Assembly: GCA_965235115.1 (NCBI GenBank)
Contig: OZ249444.1
Span: 5,394,001 to 5,458,000, forward strand
DNA: 64,000 nt
Reading direction: 5' to 3'
From: Laetmonice hystrix
Taxonomy: Eukaryota
Part shown: positions 1 to 12,700 of the stretch, one piece after another
Position numbering within the stretch: position 1 is the stretch's first letter
Layout: each line of letters begins with the position of its first letter
The notes under the pieces: model-generated
Seen by the model: only the letters and a program-made list of their open reading frames with translations
What the model was told of the DNA's origin: nothing
The model's database searches: none
Made by a program: the position numbers and the translations under genes

Positions 1-466
1 AACCTGGTTGGCATTTTGTCGGTACTATCGCCACCCTCTTTGTTAGAACCCTGTTGGAACATCCATGTTGGGCCAACGTTGGTATTTAGTCAACACCTTC
101 GCCACCCTCTTTGTTGGGACCCGGCTGGAACACATCACGTTGGCCCAATGTTGGGATTTAGTCAGTAGGCCCCTACTATTGCCACCATCTTTGTTGGAAC
201 CCGGGTGGAACACCCATGTTGGCCCAACGTTGGAATTTAGTCAACACTGTCGCCACCCTCTTTGTTGGAACCCGGTTATAACATCCATGTTATCCCAATG
301 TTGGTATTCAGCACTGTCGCCAGCTTTGGAGTTGGGACCCGGTTGGAACACACACGTTGATCCAATGTTTGCATTAGTCAGTACTATTGCCACCCTCTTT
401 GTTGGAACCCGGTTGGAACATCCATGTTAGCCCAATGTTGGCATACTATTGCCACCCTCTGTGTTG
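1..466. repeat. Degenerate ~70 bp tandem repeat (about 7 copies, may continue left of the window)
   Basis: The motif GCCACCCTCTTTGTT recurs at about 30, 101, 181, 252, 389 and 451. Units share GTTGGAACCCGGTTGGAACATCCATGTTGGCCCAACGTTGG. Confidence 0.9.
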
Positions 467-704
467 GACCCAGAACGGAATGCCGGAATCGTCATTTATT
501 TCAATATTTCATTTAGAATCTAATGGCACCAATTTAACCCCAACGGGTCGAACCCTACAATTACATAATTAAATTTCTGACTCTATCCCCTAGGCCCACA
601 CAAAAAGTCTAGATCTACTGCAAACCATACATACAATTTCTAAATCTCATTTCCTGATTAATTCAAGGACTGTTCTAACAATGTAGCCTAGACGTCGTGA
701 AGAC
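467..704 (+). repeat. Direct repeat copy 1 (paired with 6621-6893)
   Basis: GACCCAGAACGGAA...GGAATCGTCAT...AAAAAGTCTAGATCTA...TAAATCTCATTTCC.GATTAATTCAAGGACTGTTCTAAC.ATGTAGC is present in both copies with small indels. Confidence 0.9.
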
Positions 705-1322
705 CAAGAAAGGTGCCTGGCGCATGGGAATTTACAATATCTATCATGGCGTTTTCATCAGGCCTAAGACTGGCTCTCCGTTTGACCTTTGACCTTAGGA
801 AGAACTGGGTCTTAGGTCGTAAACTGGTTAAATCACCACTCCTTCCTCATTTTTGGGGGGTAAAATTTGACAATTTTGGGCAGGACTCTCCAACAAGAGC
901 TTCTTAAAAGTTATTTAAGGGATAATCGAATTGACCTATTTTCACGTGACATTGAAGTTGTGAACAGTGCCCAGTTTATACCTCTCGAAAATTCTTGTCA
1001 TAAAGGGCCATGTTTACTATTGTACACAAATTGGAAGTGATACTCTTTCGTTTGGCACCATTATTAGGTCATTAATACGTCAAATCCTTAAAAGGATTTG
1101 ACCTATTTTTGCTGAACCACGTGACCTGCAAGTTTTAAAGTGAGGTCATTTGGAAGATTCCCAGCTGTAACTCTTGAAAGATGGCATAAGGCCAAAAGGC
1201 CTATACACTGCTATGTTATAAGATACAAGTATCGTCAGCCTAGGTGTCGGCAGGTCAATCATGGCCGTAGAGTCCGGCAGGCACTATGGAGCGCAACAAT
1301 CCGACCCTTTCTTCATTCTTTC

Positions 1323-4300
1323 TTATTTTAAAAGTATGCTTAATTGTTTACCTACAACGTTCACTACCTTAAGATTTGTGATTTCGCTGAGATATAGTTT
1401 AATACCGTGATCAACCCCTGTGCTGTGTCTGTCACATCTGTTCTGTGGTACCCGACCAACAGGGTGTGTATATAAAGCAATTAGTACACTGCACAACTGT
1501 CTAGGAAAGGCGACACTCGGGTCTCCACGTTCGGTCGTAGTCTGGAAACAGACGCTGTTGAAAACCTGACAGTACGAAGAGGTCGGCTCGGTTGGTGTCC
1601 ACGAGGGAGAGGTGAGGGTGAAACTCGAAGATCCGTGGACAACTCTTGTAAAGGGTTCTATAAATAGAACCCGTACCCCGTCAGTGTGCTCAATCTGCGG
1701 CAAGGTTCCAAACCAAATGACTCTCAATGGGCTATCGTGGGTCTCCAGACGCCAGATACGAACGTTATAACATAGACTTGGACCCTGAAGAGTCAGACCA
1801 ATCCCTGATTTTTTTAGTTGTTCGATGTTAACGATGTTTCCAAATGTTCCAGTTTTTTCTTCTTGTTTCAGCGATGTATTAAAATGGATATTCCAAGGCT
1901 GAGCGAGACCGGCAGTTTACATCTAGCTGATATTTGCGGACATATCAATTTCTCCGGACACATCTAGGTCCTGTTTGCGGACATATCTCCTGTCGGACAT
2001 AACTAGACGTTCGGACATATCTAGTTGGAAGAGGGCGCCAATATCTTTGTACAGTATTTCCGCGTTATTTGTCAATGAGCTATAGTTAGGCCTACTATTA
2101 AACTAATTACTAATAGGACGTCATACATGCTCTTTCATTTGATAATAAGATTTATGACGTAGCCTGACCTATGACATCAAAAAGACTAAGACCAGATAAC
2201 TGCCCTCAGACAATAACCCCCCCCCCCTACCATTGCCACCCTAGAAAACTGCCACCTTAGTCAATGGCATCTATGGTAGTCATAACTACCTCCACACACA
2301 CCTTTTATTATTATTATTATTTTTTTTTATTAATTTATTTATCCAGGCAATACAGTGTTCATCCTACAGGGGTTGATCTTCCACAGCAGCCTGCTGAGTA
2401 GTTTTCATCGTACACATAATCATATACAGTATAATCAAAATTACGTAAGTCAATCAAAAAAAAAAAAAAAAAAAAAAACAAAGACACACATATAGTACAC
2501 ATAACACAAGGGACAGAAGTTACATATCTTCAATCTCTTGTCGCTGAAACACGGCACAGATTCGGTTGACGAATCCCGTCCCGTCTTCACTTCCTGCTTG
2601 GACAGGTCCGAACTGCGCACTGTCACTAAAACCCCTCCACCAGTCACTGCCTGCCGGTAACGTTCCAGGATTCCTCACTGTTCGGTCCGTCTTTAGTTTA
2701 TACGATTTTCCTCCAGTCACACGGACACAACATGGCCAAGATGAAGACTTGTTGTTTTTCCATGGACCTTCATGGTACGAGTTATCCAAGACGAACCCTT
2801 TATTACTTGTTGGCAGGAGGTTGAAGTTCATTGTATTACTCAAGACTTTACGTTTGTTTTGCTTTGATTGTTACATGCGATTTTCGATTTGTTGGTGGAA
2901 TTTCACCCAGTAATTTTTCCTGGTTGGCCTTCCCTGTTTCTTGAAATAGGTTCCATCCTTTAATATCAAAATCACAGTAAAATATATTCTAGGAATCAAG
3001 TCTCAGTGACACAAATATATGAAAGTTTGTTGAACGAGGCTACTATCCATGTAACTCATCCAGCTTCTCGATATTTTTATTTTTTAGCGAGCGGGCATTT
3101 ACATTAACCACCACGGGTTATGTCCTAACGAGTCTGTGCGTTCCACAACTTGTCGTTAGGTTATCGTAAACAGCAATGTATTTTCAATGGGGATTTTTAC
3201 GCACGACAGGGTTATACGATTGTTGTGAAATGCACCAGATGGTTACGATTCTCGGCTGTGTGATGCGGCCGACGGACATGCATGTATGATAAATGTGATA
3301 TCGACGTATTTCATGGTTATCTTAACATAATGTTAGGTTACTCTTGTCAACTATTCAGGAACAGTTGAGGTAGCGATGAAATAAACATGACATTAATCGC
3401 TCAGATGGTTCCTGTGTACATACTATAGGCTGACTGCTTCTATTATAGTACGTAATTCATCCCAGCATGCCATGAGCTTCTATTCCTAAGGACCAACCCC
3501 AAATATTTAGGAATGATCCATAATTGATCAAACCCCGAGAGAGAATCAATACACTAAGGCCAGGAACCTTAGGCATATATCAAGACTGGTATCTGGGATC
3601 CGAATCCGAACAGACGTCACCGACCAGGGCGGTAGTTGGTATGAATTTAGCGGTCCTTGCCCCACACGCCGTATCTTCACGGCTTGGTCTCTTCTTACTG
3701 TTGATGGACACGCTCATGTCTGTAGATACGTCTGTACGATCCGCCAGGTACCACAAGATGCGTACGGTTCCTGGCTGTCTGTGGTGCCCGACGAAAACGT
3801 ACGGAGTCTCTTCCCGAGCCGAGTGCCTCCTCCAAAGGAATGACGGGATATTTCCGATTATCGTCGGGTCTAACAAAGTCAGCAAGACTTGTGAGCACTG
3901 TGAGCTCACGCAGCCACTCAGGACGACGTTTCCTAAGACATCCCTGGAGGACGGCTTGGCGTATTATATCGAAACACCTACTAAAGGTAAAGAGCTCTTA
4001 GAAGAAGGTCATAGTTACTTTAGGTATTCACGTATACGGGTCCAGAGTAGACACATACCGTGACGTGTATGTAGGCCTAGACACCCTTTATACCCGCTGG
4101 GATCTGAGAGGTGGCCCCTCTACTTTACAAAGTTCTAATCCCCCCTTGGGGAACAGAGGAACGCTTCATCCTAAACTCTCCTGGCTGTTCGTAAGAGGCG
4201 ACAAATAGGGTGAGGGCTGGTGTGGCTGCTATCATCTGGGCACGTGGCACAGAGTGATCTGGCACCTGCAGTAGCCTCCCATTTTCTTTCACTGGTCCTC

Positions 4301-4397
4301 CCCAGGGCTCTGCAACTGGACCATGGGCCTGTGTCCACCCGTCTCCGAAAATAGTGTACGATAGTCTTCCTGAACTACAGACCCCCATCCCCAACCC
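1323..4397 (-). pseudogene. Possible decayed multi-exon gene, unidentified (fragments at about 4126-4397, 3580-3980, 2524-2940 and 1323-1790)
   Basis: Four protein-like minus-strand reading frames with plausible splice sites nearby (e.g. LSYTIFGDGWTQAHGPV..., TPYVFVGHHRQPGTVRILWY..., GFVLDNSYHEGPWKNN...). They carry in-frame stops and the phases do not join cleanly. I recognise no family. Confidence 0.3.
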
Positions 4398-4625
4398 CTA
4401 AAAATCCTTTGTTCGTCACATGATACGAAAAAAAAACCCTTAAAATGTAAACGGGGTTATCGAAAAGGCCAACGTACCCTATCGTATGATTTAGTAACCA
4501 CGTTTTTTCTAGTTTTCCCGGGAAGAATGCTCCAGACCCCCCACCCCCACCTTGCAGGAAGCTCAGTTTTTCTTGGCCCCTAAGGGATGGGACATATAGG
4601 AGGTCAGGGGCACTGGAGTAGAACC

Positions 4626-5786
4626 ATGACAAAAAAGCTGCCTGGTATACTATTAGGTCTATCAATGTATCTGGCTCATCGTCATGCTCATTCACGGGCA
4701 GCATTGACCACGTATAGGCCTGCAGGTAGAGACCTGACGAGGGGTTGCAATGCTTTGTGCTTTGCATTTCTTTTTGCGACAGACACTACAAGTGGAAAAG
4801 TCGGGCCTATGCGCCGTTTTTACGATTTGCGGCAATTTACTTTTTGACATGGACCAACCAGCGTGAAACAGCTGAGCTTCGTCATTTTTTTTTACGTTTT
4901 GCGAGAACTTCTTTTTACGTTTTGAGTATTTTCTCATAAGAAAAAAATATTAAGAATCGTATTTTTGGCGTGATTCTTTTACTTTTCGCGAATATTTTAC
5001 GGTATGCGGGCCTACAGCAACAGCAATGTTATGAACCCCTAAGAATTAGGTCGGTAAGCCTAATTACTAGGTTTGTGATGAGGCGTACTTGCTTTCAGTT
5101 CCTGACAATAATCACTGTGCACATATATTTCAGAGGTGTCCATCAAATACTCCATGGACACGATCAACGGTGGCCCGGTGGCTGGGACCCAGATCGCAAG
5201 AACGGCCCACAACTCGCCAAAGGTCGTCCCTGGCGTCTCCGACCAGGCAATCTCCTTCGACGGAGACAACGATTGGCTCGACCTGGGAAATCACAGGGCA
5301 AACTGCTTCGGCAACCCCGACCGCTGCCACGACAGCTTCACCCTCGCGCTCTGGTTGAAACTCGGAACTAAAGTCCCTAACGTTGGGATCTATTACGTGT
5401 CGTCTGGGGCACAGACGTCGTCGAGTTATGGCTTCACTCTGCACCAGAAGGTCAAAAATACTTTGACCTGGGGCGTCAGCACTCGCACTATATCCTGGGA
5501 GTTTGTGTCAGCCAAGGTCTCCACCGAAATTTGGTATCACGTGGTGGGAACCTGGCATCATACGCAAGGGGTAAAGTTATTTGTAAACGGATGTTTGGCA
5601 GCGACACGTAACAGCTGGAGCGCGAGGTCACTTAATAACCCTAAGCACGACAGAATAACAGTGGGAAGACCCAACAACAACTTTGGCGGTTACCATGGAG
5701 AAGCCGCCATTGACGATATAAGTTTCTGGAGCAGTCAGTTGTCCTCTAAGGAGGTTGCGGCCTTGTATAGTTCATACCTCGGGTAG
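4626..5786 (+). CDS. Putative secreted LamG-like jellyroll (concanavalin A/pentraxin-like, Laminin_G_3) protein; exons 4626-4725 and 5134-5786, about 250 aa
   Basis: Exon 2 has typical LamG_3 motifs (AISFDGDNDWLDLG, FTLALWLK, WYHVVGTW, KLFVNG, IDDISFWSSQLS) after the acceptor TATTTCAG. Exon 1 (MTKKLPGILLGLSMYLA...) resembles a signal peptide and ends CAG|GTAGAG in phase 1, matching exon 2. Exon 1 is less certain than exon 2. Confidence 0.8.
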
Positions 5787-6620
5787 AATGCAAGGGACCT
5801 GAATATGGGTGAACTACATTTTGTATTAGGTCTAGGCGTACCTAGGCCGAGGCCTAACTAGTTGAAGAGGAATTGACTCTATACCACCGGATAGATAGGG
5901 GGCTACACTTCTATATTTCTGTAGACGTCATTGTTGCATGCCGACACATTAAGGATTAACCCAAGTCGTATTTTCTCTCACTTATAGATTCTACCAGTTA
6001 CTGCTTCTGATCTCTCTTATCCATGGCTTGAGATCAGGGAAATTACTTTGCGTGCAAGCGATTTAATTCGTTCGCTTATATTTTAAGCACTACCGTCGCT
6101 GTTTCAGTAGTCGGGCCTAGTGACGTAGAGTAGGCCTACGTGTTTTGTTAGACGTGTCTATAGGCTATAGCATGTTTATCTAATAAAAGATCGTTTCACA
6201 TGCTAGACATCGCTCTAAAATAAACCTCATACATTCATTTAGTGAATAAAGCTGGAGTTTGTTTCTCATTGTAGGCCTAATCCTATGTTTCATGGATGTA
6301 TTCTAGGCCCTAAATCTAGGGGGAAAAACTTTTAAGAAAACACATTTATTAGGCTAAATGAATCCCCTATAGGCCTCCGGCGTTAATCTTTATTTAAGCA
6401 TAAATGCGTTTTTATTATAGGTACACTAGGCCCGATGCCTACGGTTTTTTGACATTGGGGGGGGGGGGGGGGGTCTAGCCTGCAGAGGCATAAAGAAATG
6501 GGTAGATCGCCTGCGATAACTATAAAACCCAACGAAATTAGCTTGAAAGTAAAGAGCCATAGCCCTGGCCTTATACCCTGACCTCTAACGTTCCATCATT
6601 ACCACACAGAGCAGGCAGCA

Positions 6621-6893
6621 GACCCAGAACGGAAGGAATATCTAATGTCGGAATCGTCATTATATTTCAACTATTTCATTTAGAAATCTAATCGCACCAA
6701 TTTTAACCGCAACGGGTTGAACCCTACAATAATTGCATAGGCCCTAGGCCTAGTCTAATTAAATTTCTAACTCTAACCCCTAGCCTAGCCTAGGCCCATA
6801 CAAAAAGTCTAGATCTATTGATACAATTTCTAAATCTCATTTCCGGATTAATTCAAGGACTGTTCTAACCATGTAGCTTAGAGGTCATGAAGA
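6621..6893 (+). repeat. Direct repeat copy 2 (paired with 467-704)
   Basis: Aligns along its length with 467-704, with insertions of TAGGCCTAG-type short motifs. Confidence 0.9.
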
Positions 6894-7140
6894 TGGCCGA
6901 AAGGACTCGAATGTGTGTGTAGGGGGGGCCCGGGGGCCTACCAAAAATTAAAATCAAACCTGTGCCGTGGCGCCACTTATGTCCGTCGCAACGTGGCGCC
7001 ACTGTCGTGGTTAGTGTCGACGCCTCTCGCAAGAGGGCGCACTGTACGCTTCCGTCCTTGACATTGTCCGACACCAAACATGGCCGCCGGAGCCGCGTAC
7101 ATCGTGCAAATGTAGTGAAATTGGCTGAAAGTGGGTAAGT
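6885..7140 (+). promoter_or_regulatory. CpG-rich promoter and probable non-coding first exon of ZC3H13
   Basis: YY1-type motifs AAGATGGCCG (about 6890) and AACATGGCCGCC (7077-7088), a CTCF-like CGCAAGAGGGCGC (about 7028-7040), and a consensus donor GTGG|GTAAGT at 7135. A second candidate 5' exon ends GATAG|GTAAAT at 8611. Confidence 0.5.
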
Positions 7141-7384
7141 ATGACGGTCTGTTAGGTGTTACTCGTGGATAGATCCTGCAGCAATGGCAATAAGGGGAGA
7201 ACACTGACTGATTTAGCGTGCGTTGGTTAAATTAGGTGCTGTAATGCTTGTGTGATCACGCGACACACGGTCACGGTGTCGGCGTGCACTGGCACTGGCC
7301 TGCAGTGCCACACAAATACAATAGAAAGATGCCCAGCCCCAGGCATAGCGTGGGATTGGAGTTGGACTGTTGACAGGTAAAGCG

Positions 7385-9107
7385 CCAACTCTAGCTTCCG
7401 CCATACTGTACATTCCGCTCGGCCACCTACCCGGCTTGTCGCCATCACTGGCCGGGACTTGGACGCACCAAGTCCCGTCAGCAAGCAGTTGACCTGTCTG
7501 TCGCCAGGGTCGGTGACCTGCCGCGATATATACAGTCGCACACTGAACGAATACACGACATGTCCGCCAGTCGCCATGTCCGCCCGGTCATGTCTGCCCC
7601 CTCGGTAGACTCTATGCCCTCCCGCCCGCCTTGCCACTGTGATAGACACCTCGGGCTCAGTCAACCGCCCGCCCTGCCGCCCTATTCTCGTTTCCGAGGT
7701 CAGTTCTTCCGGTCCTGAGTAGCCTGACGACCGGTGAAAACAAGGGTATCAAGAAGCGTTGCCCCCCGTGACAGTTTAATTATAGGACAGTGTGATGACC
7801 AAACCCAAGCCAGTAACACCAATACTTAGTTCCGTTACGTTGCTAGGCTTTTGTTTTCACCGGCTCTGGCCAGAGAAGATAGCAGCACCACCTAGAAATG
7901 CCCGGATTATCGGAAACGAGAATGGTCCCGGGAAAAGCCGTCAAAGTGACTCGGACGAGGAGTCTACTGAGTTAGGAGTGCATCAACAACCCTAGATCAA
8001 ATATTGGTCCAGTGCCCAACAAAATGAGTGCCACCTCGTACGTGACGTGTCCCTTGCCGGGCGCCTCACGAGCGGAGCGGAGCAGTGACGGCAGGACATG
8101 ATAAGGGGGACATGACCGGGGGTGGGGGCGGACATGACCGGGCGGACATGTCGTGTTACCCACTGAACTAGGCTTCTTTAACTGTCATAAATCCAGCTAG
8201 TTTGACCGCAGTTTTTAATTTTGGACACAGATAACGTGGGCCTTATACTCAGGCCTACAAATGTTTAGGTTGGGTTTGATAAAATACAATTTAAATAGGT
8301 ACACAATCGTTGAAAAGTATGATTGCTTGGCGCTCGACAAGACCGGCTGCCCACCTGCACTCTCGCAGTTATTGGTGCGTGCAAGTCCATTCAGTGACAG
8401 CTCCCAGCCGGGAAGGTGCCCGAGCAGAATGTACAGTACGGCGAAAGCTACAGTACGCCACACCTGTCTGCAATCTCCGCGTGCATGGTTTCCTATTGTT
8501 TAGAGGCCGATCATGCGCATGTCGCAGTTTGGGCTCGCACCTCCGGTCGTCTGTTAGCTGATGGGAGGTGGAGTTTTCTTCCAAACAATATTAAACGACA
8601 GCCTGGATAGGTAAATTGTGGGCCAAAACTCGCGGAGGAGAAAACAGTTATTATGCGAGACTCAATCCTGACCTGATATTTCGGAGAGTTTAACAAGAAC
8701 TATACAAATGCACACGACTCTGCAGCCACCGTCCCGGAGATCTGAGACCACGGAGAAAACAGACTGCGACACCGGCTCGTTTCAGAGAAGGCATGTTAAT
8801 TTTGCTCGGCCACATGTTGTGTATTCGACAGCAAGCAGTTAACCTGTCACTGTTCTGCCACTATATAGCCGTGTGCTGAGCAAGGCTTCTTTAAACTGGC
8901 ATAAATCCAGCTAGTTTAACTGCAGTTTTCAATTTTGGACACAGAAAAAGTAGGCCCTATACTTAGTACGACAAGTCACAGCCAGAGAAACCGGCTGCCC
9001 AACTGCACTCTCACGGCTAGCGACACATGTAAGTCCCGGTCAGTGACAGCTCCAAGCCGAGAAGGTGCCTGAGCGAAATGTACAGTAAGCTACAGTGCGC
9101 CACACCG
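7385..9107. repeat. Three copies of a local module: 7385-7470 (inverted), about 8170-8465 and about 8884-9107 (direct)
   Basis: Shared core AAGTCC..CAGTGA..GC..C.AGCCG.G.AGGTG.C.GAGC..AATGTACAGTA...AAGCTA.AG. The two direct copies also share GGCTTCTTTA..CATAAATCCAGCTAGTTT...AATTTTGGACACAGA. Confidence 0.85.
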
Positions 9108-9788
9108 GGTGGCAGTCATAAGTAGACGCTTCAGAATTGTTGTCGATAATAATCCTTTTGTACCCCAACTTTGCACGAGTTGCACATGGGGCAGCCTACA
9201 GACAGGACAGTGTATGTAAAAGTTTTCAGGGACATCAAACAAAATGTCTGATGTTAAAAAGCCCTACAGCAGACATTTGGATTGTACGTCAGGCATTTTC
9301 TACAGTGCCTCTCCTGGTGAAAAATAGCAGGGCGCGGCACCCAGCCTTTACAACCACCGGCCTTGCCCTTTTGAAAAGCGCCCTGTCAGACAGCGCCTTG
9401 CCTCTGTTAGCGGCACCCTGCCACACCTCAAAGAAGCAGTTCAGTCATTATATACATATACATGTATATAAAACCATTCATAACTGATCAATCTATAGCA
9501 TCCCTATCAGGAAAAAAAGAAAGTAAACTTTAATTTCCCTTTCTAAAAATGTTTCGGGGGGGGGGGGAGGCGGGTTATAACCCAGATCCCTCTCGATAAC
9601 TTTTAAGATTATGAACATGATTGGGTTACATATGAACAGAATCAACACAGTATACACAAAATGCGGGAAAGTTACAATAAAGGGGCACAAAATGATTTCT
9701 AAAACCACGGTATATTTGATAAAAGAGTCCTGTGAATATAGTTTTCATATCAGCTTGTGTTATGTCTGGTTTAGGTTTATAGATCGGA

Positions 9789-12700
9789 ATGAGCGGGAAG
9801 CCTCGACGCCGAGTCACGGTGGAGAGCACCAAGCCGCTGGCCGAGGGCTCTGAGACCAAGAGAAAACCAAGTGTTTTTGAACGGCTAGGACCTGGGGCAC
9901 CCCCCAGGAACTTTGACCAGCCTGCCCAGTCTTCTTCTTCCAGTGGGGCAGATGTAAGTTTGAGTTACACAAGCTCTCTTTCTTAATTCTCATGAATTGT
10001 TCATTTATGTTACAATGTATTTTAAACATCCATGGATTTTCCTTTGAAGTCAATAATATGTCCACTATTTGCCATATTACAGCGTTATGATAGATGTCGG
10101 AACTGGATAAAGACTGGTAGTTGTCCATATGGTTCAAAGTGTCGCTACGATCATCCACGAAGGTAGGCCACATGCATGGACCAAATGCATTATAATTCAT
10201 TCAGGTATAAGGTTGGTAAGGATGATGCAGCAAGAAATAAGTCATTCATTCAAGATTGGGACTTGTCAAGTAATGATTGGTTAATGATGCTGTGATGCCC
10301 CTTTTAAACAATTTGTTGTTGTTATAAATTACGATTAGACGATTATGATTACAAACAGTTGTTTAGAAAAGGCGATTACGATTACACAAAATTGGGAAAT
10401 TATGATTACAGTACAACTACAGTATTACGATTACAAGCTATATATTATGATTATGATTACAGTCATGATTACAACTTTAGGTTTACAACTGTAACAACAG
10501 GAAAATTAGCTATCAAAATTAGCTATCAAAAGCAACTTGACCCTGGAACTTTGGCCGTTGCATGATTTCAGGTTAATAATCATTCCACTTGATTTTAGTG
10601 GATATAATGAGAAAAAAATAATTTGCATGTTTGAAAAAGTAATTTGCAATAACATTTACATGAATTTTTCAGGGACCATTACGATTACACAGAATTTGGA
10701 ATGGACGATTAAGATTACCCAAAATATGGAAATTACGATTACAGTAATCACTGTTATCGATTACAAATGATTATGATTAAAATCGTAATCAGCCCCATGC
10801 CTGGCTGTGGTGCCGTCATAAATCAGAAACTATCCAAGGCATCAACTGCTACCTTTTACAGAACTTTACTCTCAGTGGTCATTGTTTACAGAGACCGTAG
10901 CCCAGAGGATTTACGGCACAAAGTGTCACGTCGGCACGACACTGGACGGAGTGATGACTCGCCGGATGATAGCGACTCAGATTCAGACAGGGTTAGTTAT
11001 CCTACTATTGACTTTTCTATTTGAAGGTACATGGTAGACATGTCGTGTATTGAAAGGAATTTGTTAAAGCCAAGCTTTCATGGTTTAATAAATAAAACTA
11101 CCAGTATAATATTAACCAACTCCTTTTTCTCTAAAGAGAAATGTAAGCCCATATTAGCAGTTGATGGTGTCTCGGTTAGATATTCAAATTTCTTTTGAAC
11201 AGAGAGAGCCAATTCGATCAGGATCTGGTCGCGACAAGGAGAGCAAAATCAAATCAACAGTTGTAATAACAAAGAAAAATACGCTGGACGTCACAGATAG
11301 TGATACGGACCAATGGGAGAACACTGGCAAGTTGGTTTGAAGTAGTGGTGCAGTAAAGAACTGCAAATATTAGAATTAAATAATTGTGGTTTTTGTATAT
11401 ATTATTATTTTATCATTATTATTATAACTAACTTGTAAGTGAGATTAAAGTTGATTTTTGTGGTCACAGAATAAAAGGAAAATTAACAGCCAAATTTCTA
11501 ATTTTGGTTATGCTTGGACAAATGTGCAGAACATAGAATTGGACAAATGTAAAACTTCAGTCGGAATGTGGCTTGTAATGTCTGAAAAATCCACATGGCA
11601 GGGTAAAAATTACTTTAAGCTGTCTAAAACCGAATTTTGAAACTGTTTGAAAGTACTAAAACCTTGTTAAAGTAAGAGTCTGCTATCATTTGTCTTGTCA
11701 GGGTAGCCGTATACATGAGTCTCATTGCTGTTTAAATAGGGGATGAGTTTGCGGACCGTGACTTTGAGACTGAACTTGAACTGGAGAAACGTAGACAGCA
11801 GCTTCAGCGAGAACTTAGCCAACTAGAAGACTCACAGGGAGCAGATACACATCGTGAAAATATGATCATCGAGCGGGTACGAGAGGTGGGTAACAAAGTT
11901 ACTGGTGAGGTTGCCGTTATGGATGCAGCTGCATTAGATCTTAAGCATGCGAGAAGATTTGCGGAATTCTGTTGTTGAGCATGTACATGTATTATTAATG
12001 CATGGAAAAATGAAATAAACTTTAGTGATCAATTATATTATTTTGGCATATCAAATAGTAGAAATTGTATATTGCTTCATTGTTGCTCCATGAATTGCGC
12101 GTTGACAAATACCTACTTGTTGACTTGTCTTGTTCCATTGAAAACAATGTTTGATTTTTTAATGCATTGTCTTCTTTTTCCAATGTGAACAATTCCATTA
12201 GAAGTTGAACCCAAGCCAGGTTAAATGATTTCACTTTTTTCACATTTATTTTTTACTGGGTATTTAGTAAAGTATTTCTGAATGGGCTGGGCTGTTACCA
12301 ATGGGCAGGATTTGATTTCTTCCTATAAAATACCAACGTAAAAAATAATGGGAGGTTCTCTACCAAGGTAAGGTAAGGGAACATACACCAGTCATCAGGA
12401 CACTATGGGAGTATTCTGGTCTAAGTTAATATGGTTGGAATGGACTTGGTGGAAACAACCAGGAACAGCTTGACTGGGGAAGGAGTAAATACTACAGCCA
12501 GGAGAGGAAAGTTGAGGTTCTAATGGGGGAGTTCACATTTCTTCCACTAGGTGTCCTCGGACAGTGAGAGTGATGCTTCAACACCCCCGAAAAACAAGGA
12601 GAAACGGGGTGGAAGCCGTGCTACCCACTCGGGTGAAGATTCCCACAAGTAAGTGTTCGCAAAGATGCAAAACAGTTCCACTTTTCAACACCCAAATATT

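Noticed and set aside
65-572. ORFs of 121 and 61 aa
   Set aside because: They lie entirely in the 70-bp tandem repeat.
3524-4063. 179-aa + strand ORF as a gene
   Set aside because: No recognisable motifs or splice context; the opposite strand shows better codon bias.
5136-5786. Horizontally acquired bacterial LamG gene
   Set aside because: It begins at a spliceosomal acceptor with a phase-matched upstream exon, and this LamG subtype is common in invertebrates.
467-6893. LTR retrotransposon
   Set aside because: No TG...CA termini, PBS/PPT, TSD or gag/pol similarity is visible.
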